Positions 30,301-43,275 of a DNA stretch of 64,000 nt are shown here, in pieces (the stretch's first letter is position 1; the number at the start of each line of letters is the position of its first letter). The notes below the pieces were generated by a model. The model searched no databases. It worked only from the letters and a program-made list of their open reading frames with translations, and had not been told where the DNA came from. Origin of the DNA: Macrostomum lignano (Eukaryota); the NCBI GenBank assembly GCA_002269645.1, contig NIVC01001150.1:62001-126000 (forward strand), in the 5' to 3' direction. The translations under genes were made by a program, and so were the position numbers.

Positions 30301-30609
30301 GGATTATCGTATGGCTGACCAACCCTGAGGGATTATCGTATGGCTGACCAACCCTGAGGGATTATCGTATGGCTGACCAACCCTGAGGGATTATCGTATG
30401 GCTGACCAACCCTGAGGAATTATCGTATGGCTGACCAACCCTGAGGGATTATCGTATGGCTGACCAACCCTGAGGGATTATCGTATGGCTGACCAACCCT
30501 GAGGGATTATCGTATGGCTGACCAACCCTGAGGGATTATCGTATGGCTGACCAACCCTGAGGGATTATCGTATGGCTGACCAACCCTGAGGATTATCGTA
30601 TGGCTGACC
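27362..30609. repeat. 29-bp minisatellite, about 110 highly homogeneous copies
   Basis: GCTGACCAACCCTGAGGGATTATCGTATG head-to-tail with no spacers. Confidence 0.99.
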
Positions 30610-31184
30610 TGGAGATCGAAGAAGCTGAAGATGAACTGCGCTGGCATTCACGGTTTAAGTGAGTCGAATTTTGTTCACTTTGGAAATTTTCATGTGAGTC
30701 TGATTAGTTTTGGGTCAATGGATTTATAGAATAATTTGTATGAGAGCATGTGAAAAGTCTGGACTAAAGATTTCTAAAGAGAATAGAAATCTGTGGCAAA
30801 AAATTCAATGAGATCGAGATCTGAGTGTGAAATTTCAGCTCCTCCATCAACAATATTGCTCAGCAATAGTGATAGCAATAAAAAGTTGTAGACTAACGAA
30901 CTAAAACAACTATAACTGACTAAACGCTTGTTTACCGTTTTAACGTTCAATAAATATACGTGTTCTTGTTTTACTATCAATTTTAAGTTTGTCTATGGTA
31001 GCGGAGTTAACGCTACCAATAATCTCCGCGAGCTTAACACTAGGGACATAGGCAAGGCGAACAGGCAAAGTTGATTAAATTACTATAAATGAATGACATT
31101 CATACCTAATCAGCATTGTAATTCAGCACAGATTCTTTACATAAGTTAGTCATGTCTCTGGCGTAAGTCCTTATTCTTGTCTTG

Positions 31185-31535
31185 CTGCTCATGGTGCATT
31201 TGCACTTTTACCGATCCTGTATGCTCATTGTGCATTTGCACTTTACCGATCCTGTATGCTCATGATGCATTTGCACTTTACCGATACTGTATGCTCATGG
31301 TGCATTTGCACTTTACCGATCCTGCATGCTCATGGTGCCTTTGCACTTTTACCGATCCTGTATGCTCATGGTGCATTTGCACTTTACCGATCCTGCATGC
31401 TCATGGTGCCTTTGCACTTTTACCGATCCTGTATGCTCATGGTGCATTTGCACTTTTACCGATCCTGCATGCTCATGGTGCCTTTGCACTTTTACCGATC
31501 CTGTATGCTCATGGTGCATTTGCACTTTACCGATC
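31185..31535. repeat. 35/36-bp minisatellite upstream of Hes
   Basis: TGCTCATGGTGCATTTGCACTT(T)TACCGATCCTG(C/T)A, about 10 copies. Confidence 0.93.
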
Positions 31536-31981
31536 CCGTATGCAGTCCAACTTATCTAAAAGCTTTTATCAAATTATCAAGCGACTGGATCAACTTATTC
31601 TCCGCCAATGTCAGATAGTTGCCGAGCTCAATTACAGCTCAATGGCCACAATTACACCTGTACAAATTTGGCCCTTCACCACATCCGTCATGGTCACGGC
31701 CGAGCTGAGCTGGCTGGGGTGGCTCAACTGCCCTCATGCAGGATGCCCGCTGGAAACTGCAGGGCCCCAAAACTGACTGCCGTGTTTGTTGCACAACATC
31801 TCGCAATGCCCGGCGTCTGTGCTCAGCGCAAATTGATGGCTTGAGTCCAGAGCGTGCCAGATCTGGCCAATGATCCCCAAATAGCTTGTATCCCTCACAG
31901 TATCCCTAATTCCTCCCGCATTTTCACGGTTGGCAACAGAGGGGACTCGGGGTGGCCGGGGAGAAAGGGCGAGGGGCTCCC

Positions 31982-32058
31982 ATTGGCTGGCACGCGTCTG
32001 CCATTGGCGGGCGCTCGGAGGGGCGCCACCCCCTCCACCCCAGATGAGGCCTATAAAA
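31982..32058 (+). promoter_or_regulatory. Hes proximal promoter: two inverted CCAAT boxes, class C bHLH site GGCACGCG, TATA box
   Basis: ATTGG 31982-31986 and 32003-32007, GGCACGCG 31989-31996, TATAAAA 32052-32058, ATG at 32147. Confidence 0.65.
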
Positions 32059-32146
32059 CTCGCCAAGGGTCCCTGGGGAGAGGCTCGCAAGCCAAGCATC
32101 CCATCGACTCCAAGCTTTCCGAACTCAGCCCAGACTCCGCCAAGCA

Positions 32147-32584
32147 GTGATGGAGAACCTGAACAGCAGCAGCGGCCCCTGCCAGCAGCAGAGCCGTCGG
32201 GTCACCAAGCAGATGATGGAGCGCAAGAGACGAGCGAGGATCAACGCCAGCCTCGATCAGCTCAAGGAGCTGCTGATGGAGCAGTTCCAGCTCGATCCCA
32301 CCCAGTACCAGAAGCTGGAGAAGGCCGACATCCTGGAGCTGACTGTCTCCTGCCTGCAGCAGCGCCAGCAACGCCAGCAGAAGCAGCAGCGCCGGCCGCT
32401 GGGCTGCCTGGACAACCGCGGCGCCAGCGGAGCCACCGAGGCGCCTGCAGAGGCCGCCGACAGCCGCCGACAGCCGCTGGTTCGATGCGCCTCCGACGCC
32501 CCGCAGGCATCGGCGATGCAGGCCGAGGACTCGAACAGCTGGCACGGCGCCGCCTCCTCCGCGCCAGTGTGGCGGCCCTGGTGA
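32147..32584 (+). CDS. Hes: Hairy/Enhancer-of-split (Hes) bHLH repressor with C-terminal WRPW, intronless, 145 aa
   Basis: RRVTKQMMERKRRARINASLDQLKELL...KLEKADILELTVSCL bHLH and terminal VWRPW* (Groucho-binding motif). Confidence 0.95.
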   Translation: MMENLNSSSGPCQQQSRRVTKQMMERKRRARINASLDQLKELLMEQFQLDPTQYQKLEKADILELTVSCLQQRQQRQQKQQRRPLGCLDNRGASGATEAPAEAADSRRQPLVRCASDAPQASAMQAEDSNSWHGAASSAPVWRPW

Positions 32585-32618
32585 ACCCTGGAGGCAGCTT
32601 GCGAACCCGCAGCCCAGC

Positions 32619-32626
32619 CTGTGATA
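32619..32626 (+). promoter_or_regulatory. K-box (cTGTGATa), miR-2-family seed site in the Hes 3' UTR
   Basis: Exact CTGTGATA 35 nt after the stop codon. Confidence 0.6.
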
Positions 32627-33085
32627 GAGACTCGCTTATAGCAGCCATTTTGTACAGCCCTGCTTACTTATGCAATGCTTCAAATCTCAGCGTTTTCCTG
32701 TACATACATAATTGCCACTGTCTGCCTTATTTGCTCTTGTGAATGCCAAGGCTTTAAACTGTCTGCATGCAAGCTTTCACGTGTCTGAATATTTCCTATG
32801 TATTGGTACGACTCCGCCTGGAACACTACAAATAATACGCTTTCATATTATATTTTATTGTATTGACTTAACTGGTTGGTGTGGACAATGCAGCACATTA
32901 ATTTCAAGTGGCAAATAAAACATCATTTGGAGTGAGTTTCTGTACAGATAAGAGATCCGGTGAAAATTTATCCCGAAATTAATTACTGCTTCTGTTGCTG
33001 TTCTTCCTTTTCATGCATCGAATGAATGGGCTGGGTGCATTGCACTATAGCTATAGCATTGTATTAATTGCGCTATAAAGGCGGT

Positions 33086-33362
33086 TGCGAATCCAATGCA
33101 ATGAGTGCGAATCCAATGCAATGAGTGCGAATCCAATGCAATGAGTGCGAATCCAATGCAATGAGTGCGAATCCAATGCAATGAGTGCGAATCCAATGCA
33201 ATGAGTGCGAATCCAATGCAATGAGTGCGAATCCAATGCAATGAGTGCAAATCCAATGCAATGAGTGCGAATCCAATGCAATGAATGCGAATCCAATGCA
33301 ATGAGTGCGAATCCAATGCAATGAGTGCGAATCCAATGCAATGAGTGCGAATCCAATGCAAT
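33086..33362. repeat. 20-bp minisatellite
   Basis: GCGAATCCAATGCAATGAGT, about 14 copies. Confidence 0.96.
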
Positions 33363-35562
33363 GAACCCATGGATAAAAGGAGTGCACCTGCTTTCACAAT
33401 ATATTCATTATAAATATTAAAGATAAATTGCGCATGGCCTCAGACAGCTCCAAAATCGGAGACGCCAGGCAGAGTTAAAAAGCGCAGATACAAATGTTGT
33501 TGAGGCCCCAAAGTCAAAGCCCTGTTTATGATATCAAACTATTAAGTCTAGTAAACTATAAGTGAACAATATCAGATCAAAGGTCTGGAGACTCAAGAAT
33601 CAAGGTTGTAAGAGCTTTGTTCTTTCTCAAGCAAATTGGCCAGTGTTTTTTTCCAGTCTTATGAAATCTGCTTGCGCGGTCAGATTGTTCGTAAAAAATT
33701 GGGGCTCTCAACTGACCAAGTGGCCGGAATGGAGGCCACAGAGACGGTGTGTGAGCTCGGACTCAAAGTTATGCTATTTAGATATGCAAAGCCATGCTAA
33801 TGAGCGGCCGCTCGCAATCTGAGTTGTATCGATATCGATTTATGAGGCCACTCAGGCTGTCAAGTGGGCTCAACAAGGCTAAATTTATGTTTCGAGCTGC
33901 AGTCCCGAGTCCCCACTTGTGGCCGCACAACCCACTTCCCAAGCCTTGTTGCTAAAAAACCTCTCGTGTTATTGGCTTATTCATTTCCGTTGGACAAACC
34001 TTGCTAAAGAAGCATGTCTTCCAGAACAGGCGCATTGCGCAAGCCGCGGGGCCTCTCGGAGCCACCAACGGCGGCGATTGCGCGAGTCCCGAGCTCGAAT
34101 TGCTTTTTGCCGCTTGTTGACAGGACTTTGTGAGGCTGCTGGGCTGCGCTGATCCGCTGTGTCCACAGCCGGCCGCGCAGCGGGGCGCCCTGTGTATTTT
34201 TGTATATTTTTGCTGGAATGCTCGGCCCCAGCCAATTTGAGTGAAGGCAGCAAAAACTTTAAAAAGCCGCCCGCGCAATCGTCGGCCTCCAGCAGCCTCG
34301 AGTGGCGCCACTTGACGGGGCCAGGGGGAATCGTTTGCTCGGATGAGGCAACAATGAGATCCCATCGCTTTGCGATCCCCAAAAATGGATTCGAATGAAT
34401 TTTCAATACAATTGGAGCATGAGGTGTACCAATCAATGAGAGCAAATATGCGGGGTGACAAACTGCTCAAATTTATGTAAACTCTGTCATTGAGCTGAGC
34501 TGTGTTGTCACTGGCCTGTCACCGGCACACTCTGCGACATGCCCTGCTCACACAAAAACTCTTTCGGCTGATTTATCTTTGCGCCGAATGAAAGGGGAGC
34601 AGCTCGATCGAGAATTGATTTATGAGTTTCGCGGTTATTAAGTGCCGCGCGCGCTCGTCATCCTCGCACCCAGTCGGCATTGAGGCCGGGCATTGTCTCG
34701 CCAGCTCCTCCCGCGGGCCGGAGACGCCGCTTGGGAACATAATTGACAAATTATTGCATTATCCCGCGCATGCGGGATCTGAGAGACTCAAATTAGATAG
34801 AGATGGACACGCGGGGAGATCGATCCCCACTGAGGCAGCTCGGGTCTCACCGACCGAAGTGCTCGGGAGGCCCCCGCTTGCCGCCTCGGGGCCTCCGGAG
34901 CAACTGGTGATTAAGTGGGCAGTTGGCCCGTATTGCACTCCTGCAATTAGGGCCCGCTGCACTGTTGCCGGGCCGCCGTGTTCTATGGCCCGGACCCCCT
35001 GCCCAAATTGGATTCTCCCCGCTTCGCTGCGGACACGGGGCCAACAGCGGCTTTGTTGAGGCGCGCGGCCCGTGAAGAACTGCCGCAAACAGCCGCCTTG
35101 GACATCGCCTGGAGGAGGGCGGCCGTCCCCCACCCCCACCCTTCCCGTTGCTGTTTTCATTTGCCGGGGAGTGCCGATCTTTATCCAGCAAGCTGCATTA
35201 GTGAGTCTTTGTTTTTCTCTCACATTCGACAAGGCGTTTCCATGCAATTTGTTTGGCCAGGTCGGCACTTCGTAAAATTGGTGCACGAGTCAGGCTGGCT
35301 AATGGCTTGAAATTTTTCTATTGAGGACTTGAATTCCGCTATGACAGGCTTTCACTGTTTGACTGGTCAGTTGCGAACCAGCCATGCATTACACACTCTT
35401 ATCGCCTTTTCTCTGGCATTTTCCCCTGTGCCTCGCATCACGAGCCTAGCTTTGCGTCCATCAGTCCGCTTAGGAAATGTGCTTTCTACAAATCAACTGC
35501 CTCTTTATCCTGAATTGCGGTCAGCTTTGACCTTGAGCTTCAATGTCTGTCTCTAATTGTGC

Positions 35563-35785
35563 TTGTCTGCATCTGTCTGCATCTGTCTGTATCTGTCTGC
35601 ATCTGTCTGTATCTAAATCTATCTATCTCTGTCTGTCTCTCTCTGCCTCTGTATCTATCTGTCTCTCTCTGTATCTGTCTGTATCCATCTGTATCTCAGT
35701 ATCTGTCTATATCCATCTGTATCTCTGTATCTGTCTGTATCTGTCTGTATCTGTCTGTATCTCTGTATCTAAATCTATCTGTCTC
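35563..35785. repeat. Degenerate (TCTG/TATCTG) simple repeat
   Basis: Low-complexity TCTGTA/TCTGTC run. Confidence 0.85.
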
Positions 35786-36805
35786 ACTCGTCTCCCTTTC
35801 TCTGACCCGCTGTCCCTCTCTATTTTAAACGCTCTCTCCATCCCACAGTCTCAGCTCTACTCTTCCCCTTTCCCTGCGCGCACACCTTAAGCATCAACTG
35901 AGCCCCAGTAACCGGGCGATAGCAGAGCAGCTGAGCAGCTCCAGAATCCGTGACTGACAGGCCATCGCACGGCACACTTCGCATCTCCCGTGGGCCAGTC
36001 GAGTGTCCTAAAATTGCATGTTTCCCAATTCACAAGCAGGCAATGCTGGCCAAATACTTGTTGAGCCCGAGCTTGGGAAATAGATGGATATTCGATTCGA
36101 ATTAGATCGAATTGCCACTCGAACAACAATGCAGGCCATCTCGGCCCGGAGACAGGGGGGCTCCATCCGGCTGCTCAGCGGTGACGCCACGCCGAGTTTT
36201 TGTCGCGAGCCGCACGGAGGCCGGCGGGGGGTCGCGGCCATAGACAGCAGCTTTGAGAAGGCAATTACGAGTCAGGAGGAGGGCGGAAGCCGGCCATCCC
36301 CGGACTCTCGTCATCGGTGACAGCTCGGATGACACTGCGGGAGACTTGCGTCACCGCCCGCAGTTTTCAATAATATAAATATTCGCTACTCGAGCCTGCG
36401 CCATAAACTCGTTGCCGAGGCCTGCAGTTTGCCTGCAAGTTTTGTTTAGCTAAACTGGCCAGTCAGCTGACCCCAGCTGTGCTTAATCCCCAGGCCCGTC
36501 ACGCTGGGCATCAGTGGGATATCAATGAGCTGGAGGGGCGGGCCCGTGGCGTAATCCGGCCAGGTGCGACTGCATCCGGGTCAGCGCCGCCCGTGCGGGG
36601 ATCGAAGAAGGAGCGCTGAAGTGGCCGAAGCGTTCGGAGCGGTGCGAACTCCCTAAGCATTTCGAGCTCGCCTTAACTTTACAGATGCGGCTGTTGGGCC
36701 TTCGTGCGGCAGCTGCTGGGGCGGTCGCGAGACTTCTGCGCTCTTGGAAGGCCCGCCGGCTTTTGGTGGCTTTTTTCAAGGCAAATGACTCTGTTGCTAG
36801 GACTC

Positions 36806-38628
36806 TTGTCATGACAGCATCCAGCTTTATGACTCGTGTCATGACAGCACACACCTCTATGACTCGTGTCATGACAGCATCCAGCTCTATTTATGACTCG
36901 TGTCATGACAGCATCCAGCTCTATGACTCGTCATGACAGCATCCAGCTCTATGACTCGTGTCATGACAGCATCCAGCTCTATGACTCGTGTCATGACAGC
37001 ATCCAGCTCTATGACTCGTGCCATGACAGCATCCAGCTCTATGACTCGTGTCATGACAGCACACACCTCTATGACTCGTGTCATGACAGCACACACCTAT
37101 GACTCGTGTCATGACAGCACCACCTCTATGACTCGTGTCATGACAGCATCCAGCTCTATTTATGACTCGTGTCATGACAGCATCCAGCTCTATGACTCTT
37201 CATGACAGCATCCAGCTCTATGACTCGTGTCATGACAGCATCCAGCTCTATGACTCGTGTCATGACAGCATCCAGCTCTATGACTCGTGCCATGACAGCA
37301 TCCAGCTCTATGACTCGTGTCATGACAGCACACACCTCTATGACTCGTGTCATGACAGCATCCAGCTCTATGACTCGTGCCATGACAGCATCCAGCTCTA
37401 TGACTCGTGTCATGACAGCACACACCTCTATGACTCGTGTCATGACAGCACACACCTCTATGACTCGTGTCATGACAGCATCCAGCTCTATTTATGACTC
37501 GTGTCATGACAGCATCCAGCTCTATGACTCTTCATGACAGCATCCAGCTCTATGACTCGTGTCATGACAGCATCCAGCTCTATGACTCGTGTCATGACAG
37601 CATCCAGCTCTATGACTCGTGCCATGACAGCATCCAGCTCTATGACTCGTGTCATGACAGCACACACCTCTATGACTCGTGTCATGACAGCACACACTCT
37701 ATGACTCGTGTCATGACAGCACCAGCTCTATGACTCGTGTCATGACAGCACCAGCTCTATGACTCGTGTCATGACAGCATCACAGCTCTATGACTCGTGT
37801 CATGACAGCATCCAGCTCTATGACTCTTCATGACAGCATCCAGCTCTATGACTCGTGTCATGACAGCATCCAGCTCTATGACTCGTGTCATGACAGCATC
37901 CAGCTCTATGACTCGTGCCATGACAGCATCCAGCTCTATGACTCGTGTCATGACAGCACACACCTCTATGACTCGTGTCATGACAGCATCCAGCTCTATG
38001 ACTCGTGCCATGACAGCATCCAGCTCTATGACTCGTGTCATGACAGCACACACCTCTATGACTCGTGTCATGACAGCACACACCTCTACGACTCGTGTCA
38101 TGACAGCATCCAGCTCTATTTATGACTCGTGTCATGACAGCATCCAGCTCTATGACTCTTCATGACAGCATCCAGCTCTATGACTCGTGTCATGACAGCA
38201 TCCAGCTCTATGACTCGTGTCATGACAGCATCCAGCTCTATGACTCGTGCCATGACAGCATCCAGCTCTATGACTCGTGTCATGACAGCACACACCTCTA
38301 TGACTCGTGTCATGACAGCACACACCTCTATGACTCGTGTCATGACAGCATCCAGCTTTATGACTCGTGTCATGACAGCACACAGCCTTATAACTCGTGT
38401 CATGACAGCATCCAGCTCTATGACTCGTCATGACAGCATCCAGCTTATGACTCGTCATGACAGCATCCAGCTCTATGACGTTCATGACAGCACACACCTC
38501 TATGACTCGTGTCATGACAGCATCCAGCTTTATGACTCGTGTCATGACAGCATCCAGCTCTATGACTCGTCATGACAGCATCCAGCTTTATGACTCGTCA
38601 TGACAGCATCCAGCTTTATGACTCGTGT
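36806..38628. repeat. 30-bp minisatellite with higher-order structure
   Basis: CATGACAGCATCCAGCTCTATGACTCGTGT, about 60 copies. Explains the many MTRV/HDS/CCHD ORFs. Confidence 0.98.
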
Positions 38629-40874
38629 CGTAGTACAGTTCTTAGTTAGCCAGGCGCAGAAACTGAATGGTATTGAAGTTTTCACAGACAATTTTATCTG
38701 TGGAAATTAAGAAAGCAAATCTTTCCAAAATACTAAAGCATAAAATTCTTTTATTCAGAGGCTCCTTTCCCAAGTGTGAAATCCCAATGGCTTCTTTGCC
38801 CCCCCCCGTGGCTCCAGACTTCCTCCAAAAACAAGCCTCAATGGCATGAAGAGGCTCGGCTGTTCCCTCTGAATTTTTTACCCAAAGCTTGGCCACCGCA
38901 ATGGCGAGGGCGTCAAAAAGTCAGCAAACCGCAGGGTGACGCAACCGATGGGGCCATAAACAGAGGCTGGAGTCTCCCAACGGGGGGCCGGCACCCCAAA
39001 TCCTGTAGGCTGCGGAGCAACTGCCGCCAATCCTCAAAGCCGATTGCCTGCCTGTCAGGTCCAGCGCACAGGCAGCGGCAGGGTTAATTCTCGCACTGCC
39101 AGCCGGTGATGCAACCTGCGCATTCGGCTTCACAATTTATTGCCACTTTTTGCTGCTTTCGCGCTGCAATTCGCGCACTTGCACGGCAAAGTTGACACTC
39201 CAGCTTATCTGCGGCTGTTTGACTTTGCCGGCCGGGGCCGAGGATGAAGGAGGCTGGGAGATACCGCCGCGAGTGACGCAATGCCGCACTGTTTAGCCGG
39301 GAATTGGGTGTCGCACTCCGAACTGACGCAGCGATCTGCAGAGGGAGTTTCGAGCCCGCACCTGCGGCCTGAAGCCCCGGCACTGAGAATCGGGCTGAAA
39401 GCAATTACAGAGATAATAAATCTGGCAGGCAATTCTTCACAGGCCGCAGGGTCAATTAACACTGGAAAATCAGCCTGTGATGCTGAACACCATGAGCCAC
39501 TCGTCATTTCTGCGTAGATAATCAAATCTTCTCTTGAAAGCGTTGCAGTTTCTTTTACCAACCAGCTTTTCCTTAATTTCAACCATGAGTCCTCAATCTC
39601 AACCAGCGGTTTTCCGGTGCCTTGCTGGGGAGCCAAAGTGTGGGTCATGAGTCCGCATTGGTCATCATCTGCCTGAAGGACCTTCGGGCCATAAAAATGC
39701 CCCGACAAGTTTCAGAATGACAAATTCCACCGTGAAAACAACCCAGAGATGAGGGCGCACGGAGACGGCACCAAACCTGCCAGAGATTTCTGTTTCGGGC
39801 AGCGGGGCGACTCGCGCGTGGAAACTCGAGAGCGACTGAAAGCAGAACTGAAAGTAACAAAAAGCAGTCGGTGAAACAAGAAAAACCATGGCATTCGCTG
39901 CATTTTTGCCAGTTGGGTGTCAGTTTCTGTGCTTTATGGCCCCGAACTCCCATTGGCAACTGGGGATCGCTACAATTATGGGCTTTGGAAACTGAAATCA
40001 GAGCAAACCTGCGGGCCCTGCAGTGCGGAGCGCGGGCTGACAATTAAACATTTTGCGAGCCACATTGACAACCGGGGAGCCGGGCAGAGCAGGGCTTGTT
40101 GCTTGACTGTTCAGTTTCGGCCTTCATAAATATTTTATTGCTCGCTGAGATTTTACAGGACATGCGCTGAGCTTCCGCGTTCTTTAACCCCGACTGTCTC
40201 AGCGTGGGAAATGTCTATGGCACAAAGGGGAAAGTTTTATCGGAGCGATGGATGAGACACTTTTGGTTCGCTGTTTATGGCCCGCAGACTGCAGTTTACG
40301 GTGCGAAATTTTCCAGCAATATCGCTTCACTCGGGTTTTACATCTCAGTGCTGCTTGGAGAATAAACTCGGGAAGGCACTCGATGTTGTTGGCCATGGTG
40401 ACTACATAGTGAGAATATCATTTGGCCGCAAAGCAGTGCCATCTAAGAGCTAAGCACAATAAGCATCCAAATCTAGAAAGCACTTTCTGAGTCTTCCAGA
40501 GCCAAAAATCTCGGCTTTGATTTCTGCCGCAAGCAACAGGCAGCCGGCCAGGCAGTTGCCCCCTCCCCGTGCCACCAACAGACCCCTGCCTGCACCAGCG
40601 AATCCCGGATGCAGAGGCGGCACGGGCGGTGCGCTACAGAGGAAACTGAGGCAGTTTCTCACGGCCGCGGCAGCCGAGAACTGGGTCAGCTGGGTCAGCT
40701 GGGTCAGCGGGGCACGGGAAACCCCTGCCGGGGCTGCCAGCGCCATTTCCTACCGAAACGGAAACTCATCGCGTCATAAAATTTATTTGCTGGCTGAGCC
40801 TCAGCTGCCGCTGCCAAGCATCGCATGACACCTGTGGGGGGCTGCTGGCATGCAGTGCTTCATGTCTGGGGATG

Positions 40875-42053
40875 CCAATTCAATCTACAGATCCCAGTTC
40901 AATCTACAGATCCCAGTTCAATCTACAGATCCCAGTTCAATCTACAGATCCCAGTTCAATCTACAGATCCCAGTTCAATCTACAGATCCCAATTCAATCT
41001 GCAGATCCCAGTTCAATCTACAGATCCCAATTCAATCTACAGATCCCAATTCAATCTACAGATCCCAGTTCAATCTACAGATCCCAGTTCAATCTACAGA
41101 TCCCAATTCAATCTACAGATCCCAGTTCAATCTACAGATCTCAATTCAATCTACAGATCTCAATTCAATCTACAGATCCCAGTTCAATCTACAGATCCCA
41201 GTTCAATCTACAGATCCCAGTTCAATCTACAGATCCCAATTCAATCTACAGATCCCAGTTCAATCTACAGATCCCAATTCAATCTACAGATCCCAATTCA
41301 ATCTACAGATCCCAATTCAATCTACAGATCCCAGTTCAATCTACAGATCCCAATTCAATCTACGGATCCCAGTTCAATCTACAGATCCCAGTTCAATCTA
41401 CAGATCCCAATTCAATCTACGGATCCCAATTCAATCTACAGATCCCAGTTCAATCTACAGATCCCAATTCAATCTACAGATCCCAATTCAATCTACGGAT
41501 CCCAATTCAATCTACAGATCCCAGTTCAATCTACAGATCCCAGTTCAATCTACAGATCCCAGTTCAATCTAAAGATCCCAATTCAATCTACAGATCCCAG
41601 TTCAATCTACGGATCCCAATTCAATCTACAGATCCCAATTCAATCTACAGATCCCAGTTCAATCTACAGATCCCAGTTCAATCTACAGATCCCAGTTCAA
41701 TCTACAGATCCCAATTCAATCTACAGATCCCAATTCAATCTACGGATCCCAATTCAATCTACAGATCCCAGTTCAATCTACAGATCCCAGTTCAATCTAC
41801 AAATCCCAGTTCAATCTACAGATCCCAGTTCAATCTGCAGATCCCAGTTCAATCTACGGATCCCAGTTCAATCTACAGATCCCAGTTCAATCTACAGATC
41901 CCAGTTCAATCTGCAGATCCCAGTTCAATCTACAGATCCCAGTTCAATCTACAGATCCCAATTCAATCTACAGATCCCAGTTCAATCTACAGATCCCAGT
42001 TCAATCTACAGATCCCAATTGAATCTACAGATCCCAGTTCAATCTGCAGATCC
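40875..42053. repeat. 19-bp minisatellite
   Basis: CAGATCCCA(G/A)TTCAATCTA, about 62 copies. Confidence 0.98.
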
Positions 42054-42852
42054 CAAAATCTGTAGGATAGTTCAAGGATATTGCGAGGCAGATTGGCTTC
42101 ATGAAGAAAAGCAGAGAAATTATTCAAATGGGAGAAATTAATTTGACAACGACTCAGGCAGGGGCCACTGTGGATGGGAGGCTAAACGGGCTGAATGGGG
42201 ATTTCGCAAGCCCGAGTATCCGGGGCCCCCGCCCCAACTGTTTGCTCAGCTTGCGGCATTGAGGCCGCCTGGGCGGGGCGGCCGGGTCTCGCCGCCAATG
42301 CGGGCCGGCACACATGCCGCCATAAATATTTAGAATTCTATGAGAAATTGCTGGCAGCCAGCCAAGCCGGGGTCTCGTGGCCCGGCGGTTTTTTTATCTC
42401 CCAAAATCTCACCCGGCGACCCCGACTCAAAACCTCCCGCGGGGCTCTCAGCCCGGCCCGTCCATCAAGGCACCAGTCGCGTGTGTTATCCCAGGCCTCG
42501 TTATTTTGCTTCTGGCTTCTTATCCTTGGGGGGGGCAGATGAGGCGGCCGGCTCTGTGCCAAATTGGGGCCGGCAGCGCCGCGCTTGAGGAGCCGCACGC
42601 GACTCCCCCTGCGGACTGCATGGAGTCTGGGGCCTCGGCAACCTCTGCCAACTTTTTAATTAGCTGCGGTAAAGCACCCGGCTCTGAATGCGCCCCGTTT
42701 TGTTGGCGAGTAGCCGCGTTCTCAGAACAGGTCCCCGAAATGATTGTCTTGCCGCGGACTGTCTGAATTCTCTGGCGTGATCTTTTTATTTGAATGGTCA
42801 AAGTTGTGATCCCAAACTGCGCTCTTGGTACTTTTGCAAGTGAAAAATGACT

Positions 42853-43275
42853 CCTTGTCTGACACTTTTTGTCTGACACTCCTTGACACTCCTTGTCTAG
42901 TAGTTTTTGTCTAGTACTCCTTGTCTGGCACTCCTTGTCTGGCACTCCTTGTCTGGCACTCCTTGTCTGACACTCCTTGTCTGGCACCCCTTGTTTGGCA
43001 CTCCTTGTCTGGCACTCCTTGTCTGGCACTCCTTGCCTGGCACTCCTTGCCTGGCACTCCTTGCCTGGCACTCCTTGTCTGGCACTCCTTGTCTGGCACT
43101 CCTTGTCTGGCACTCCTTGTTTGGCACTCCTTGTTTGGCACTCCTTGTCTGGCACTCCTTGTCTGGCACTCCTTGCCTGGCACTCCTTGCCTGGCACTCC
43201 TTGCCTGGCACTCCTTGCCTGGCACTCCTTGCCTGGCACTCCTTGCCTGGCACTCCTTGTCTGGCACTCCTTGTC
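42853..43275. repeat. 14-bp minisatellite
   Basis: GGCACTCCTTG(T/C)CT, about 28 copies. Confidence 0.96.

Noticed and set aside
27362-30609. CRISPR-like array (29-bp repeats)
   Set aside because: Units are head-to-tail with no unique spacers, there are no cas genes, and the context is eukaryotic. The same applies to all other arrays.
30996-31045. GGTAGCG-loop-CGCTACC hairpin as a Helitron 3' end
   Set aside because: Stem of only 7 bp, the CTAG is too distant and not followed by T.
36679-38575. Numerous MTRV/HDS/CCHD ORFs
   Set aside because: All arise from the 30-bp minisatellite.
40203-40210. High-affinity Su(H)/CSL site CGTGGGAA
   Set aside because: A single 8-mer 7.6 kb from Hes; about two such hits are expected by chance in 64 kb on both strands, and it has no paired partner.
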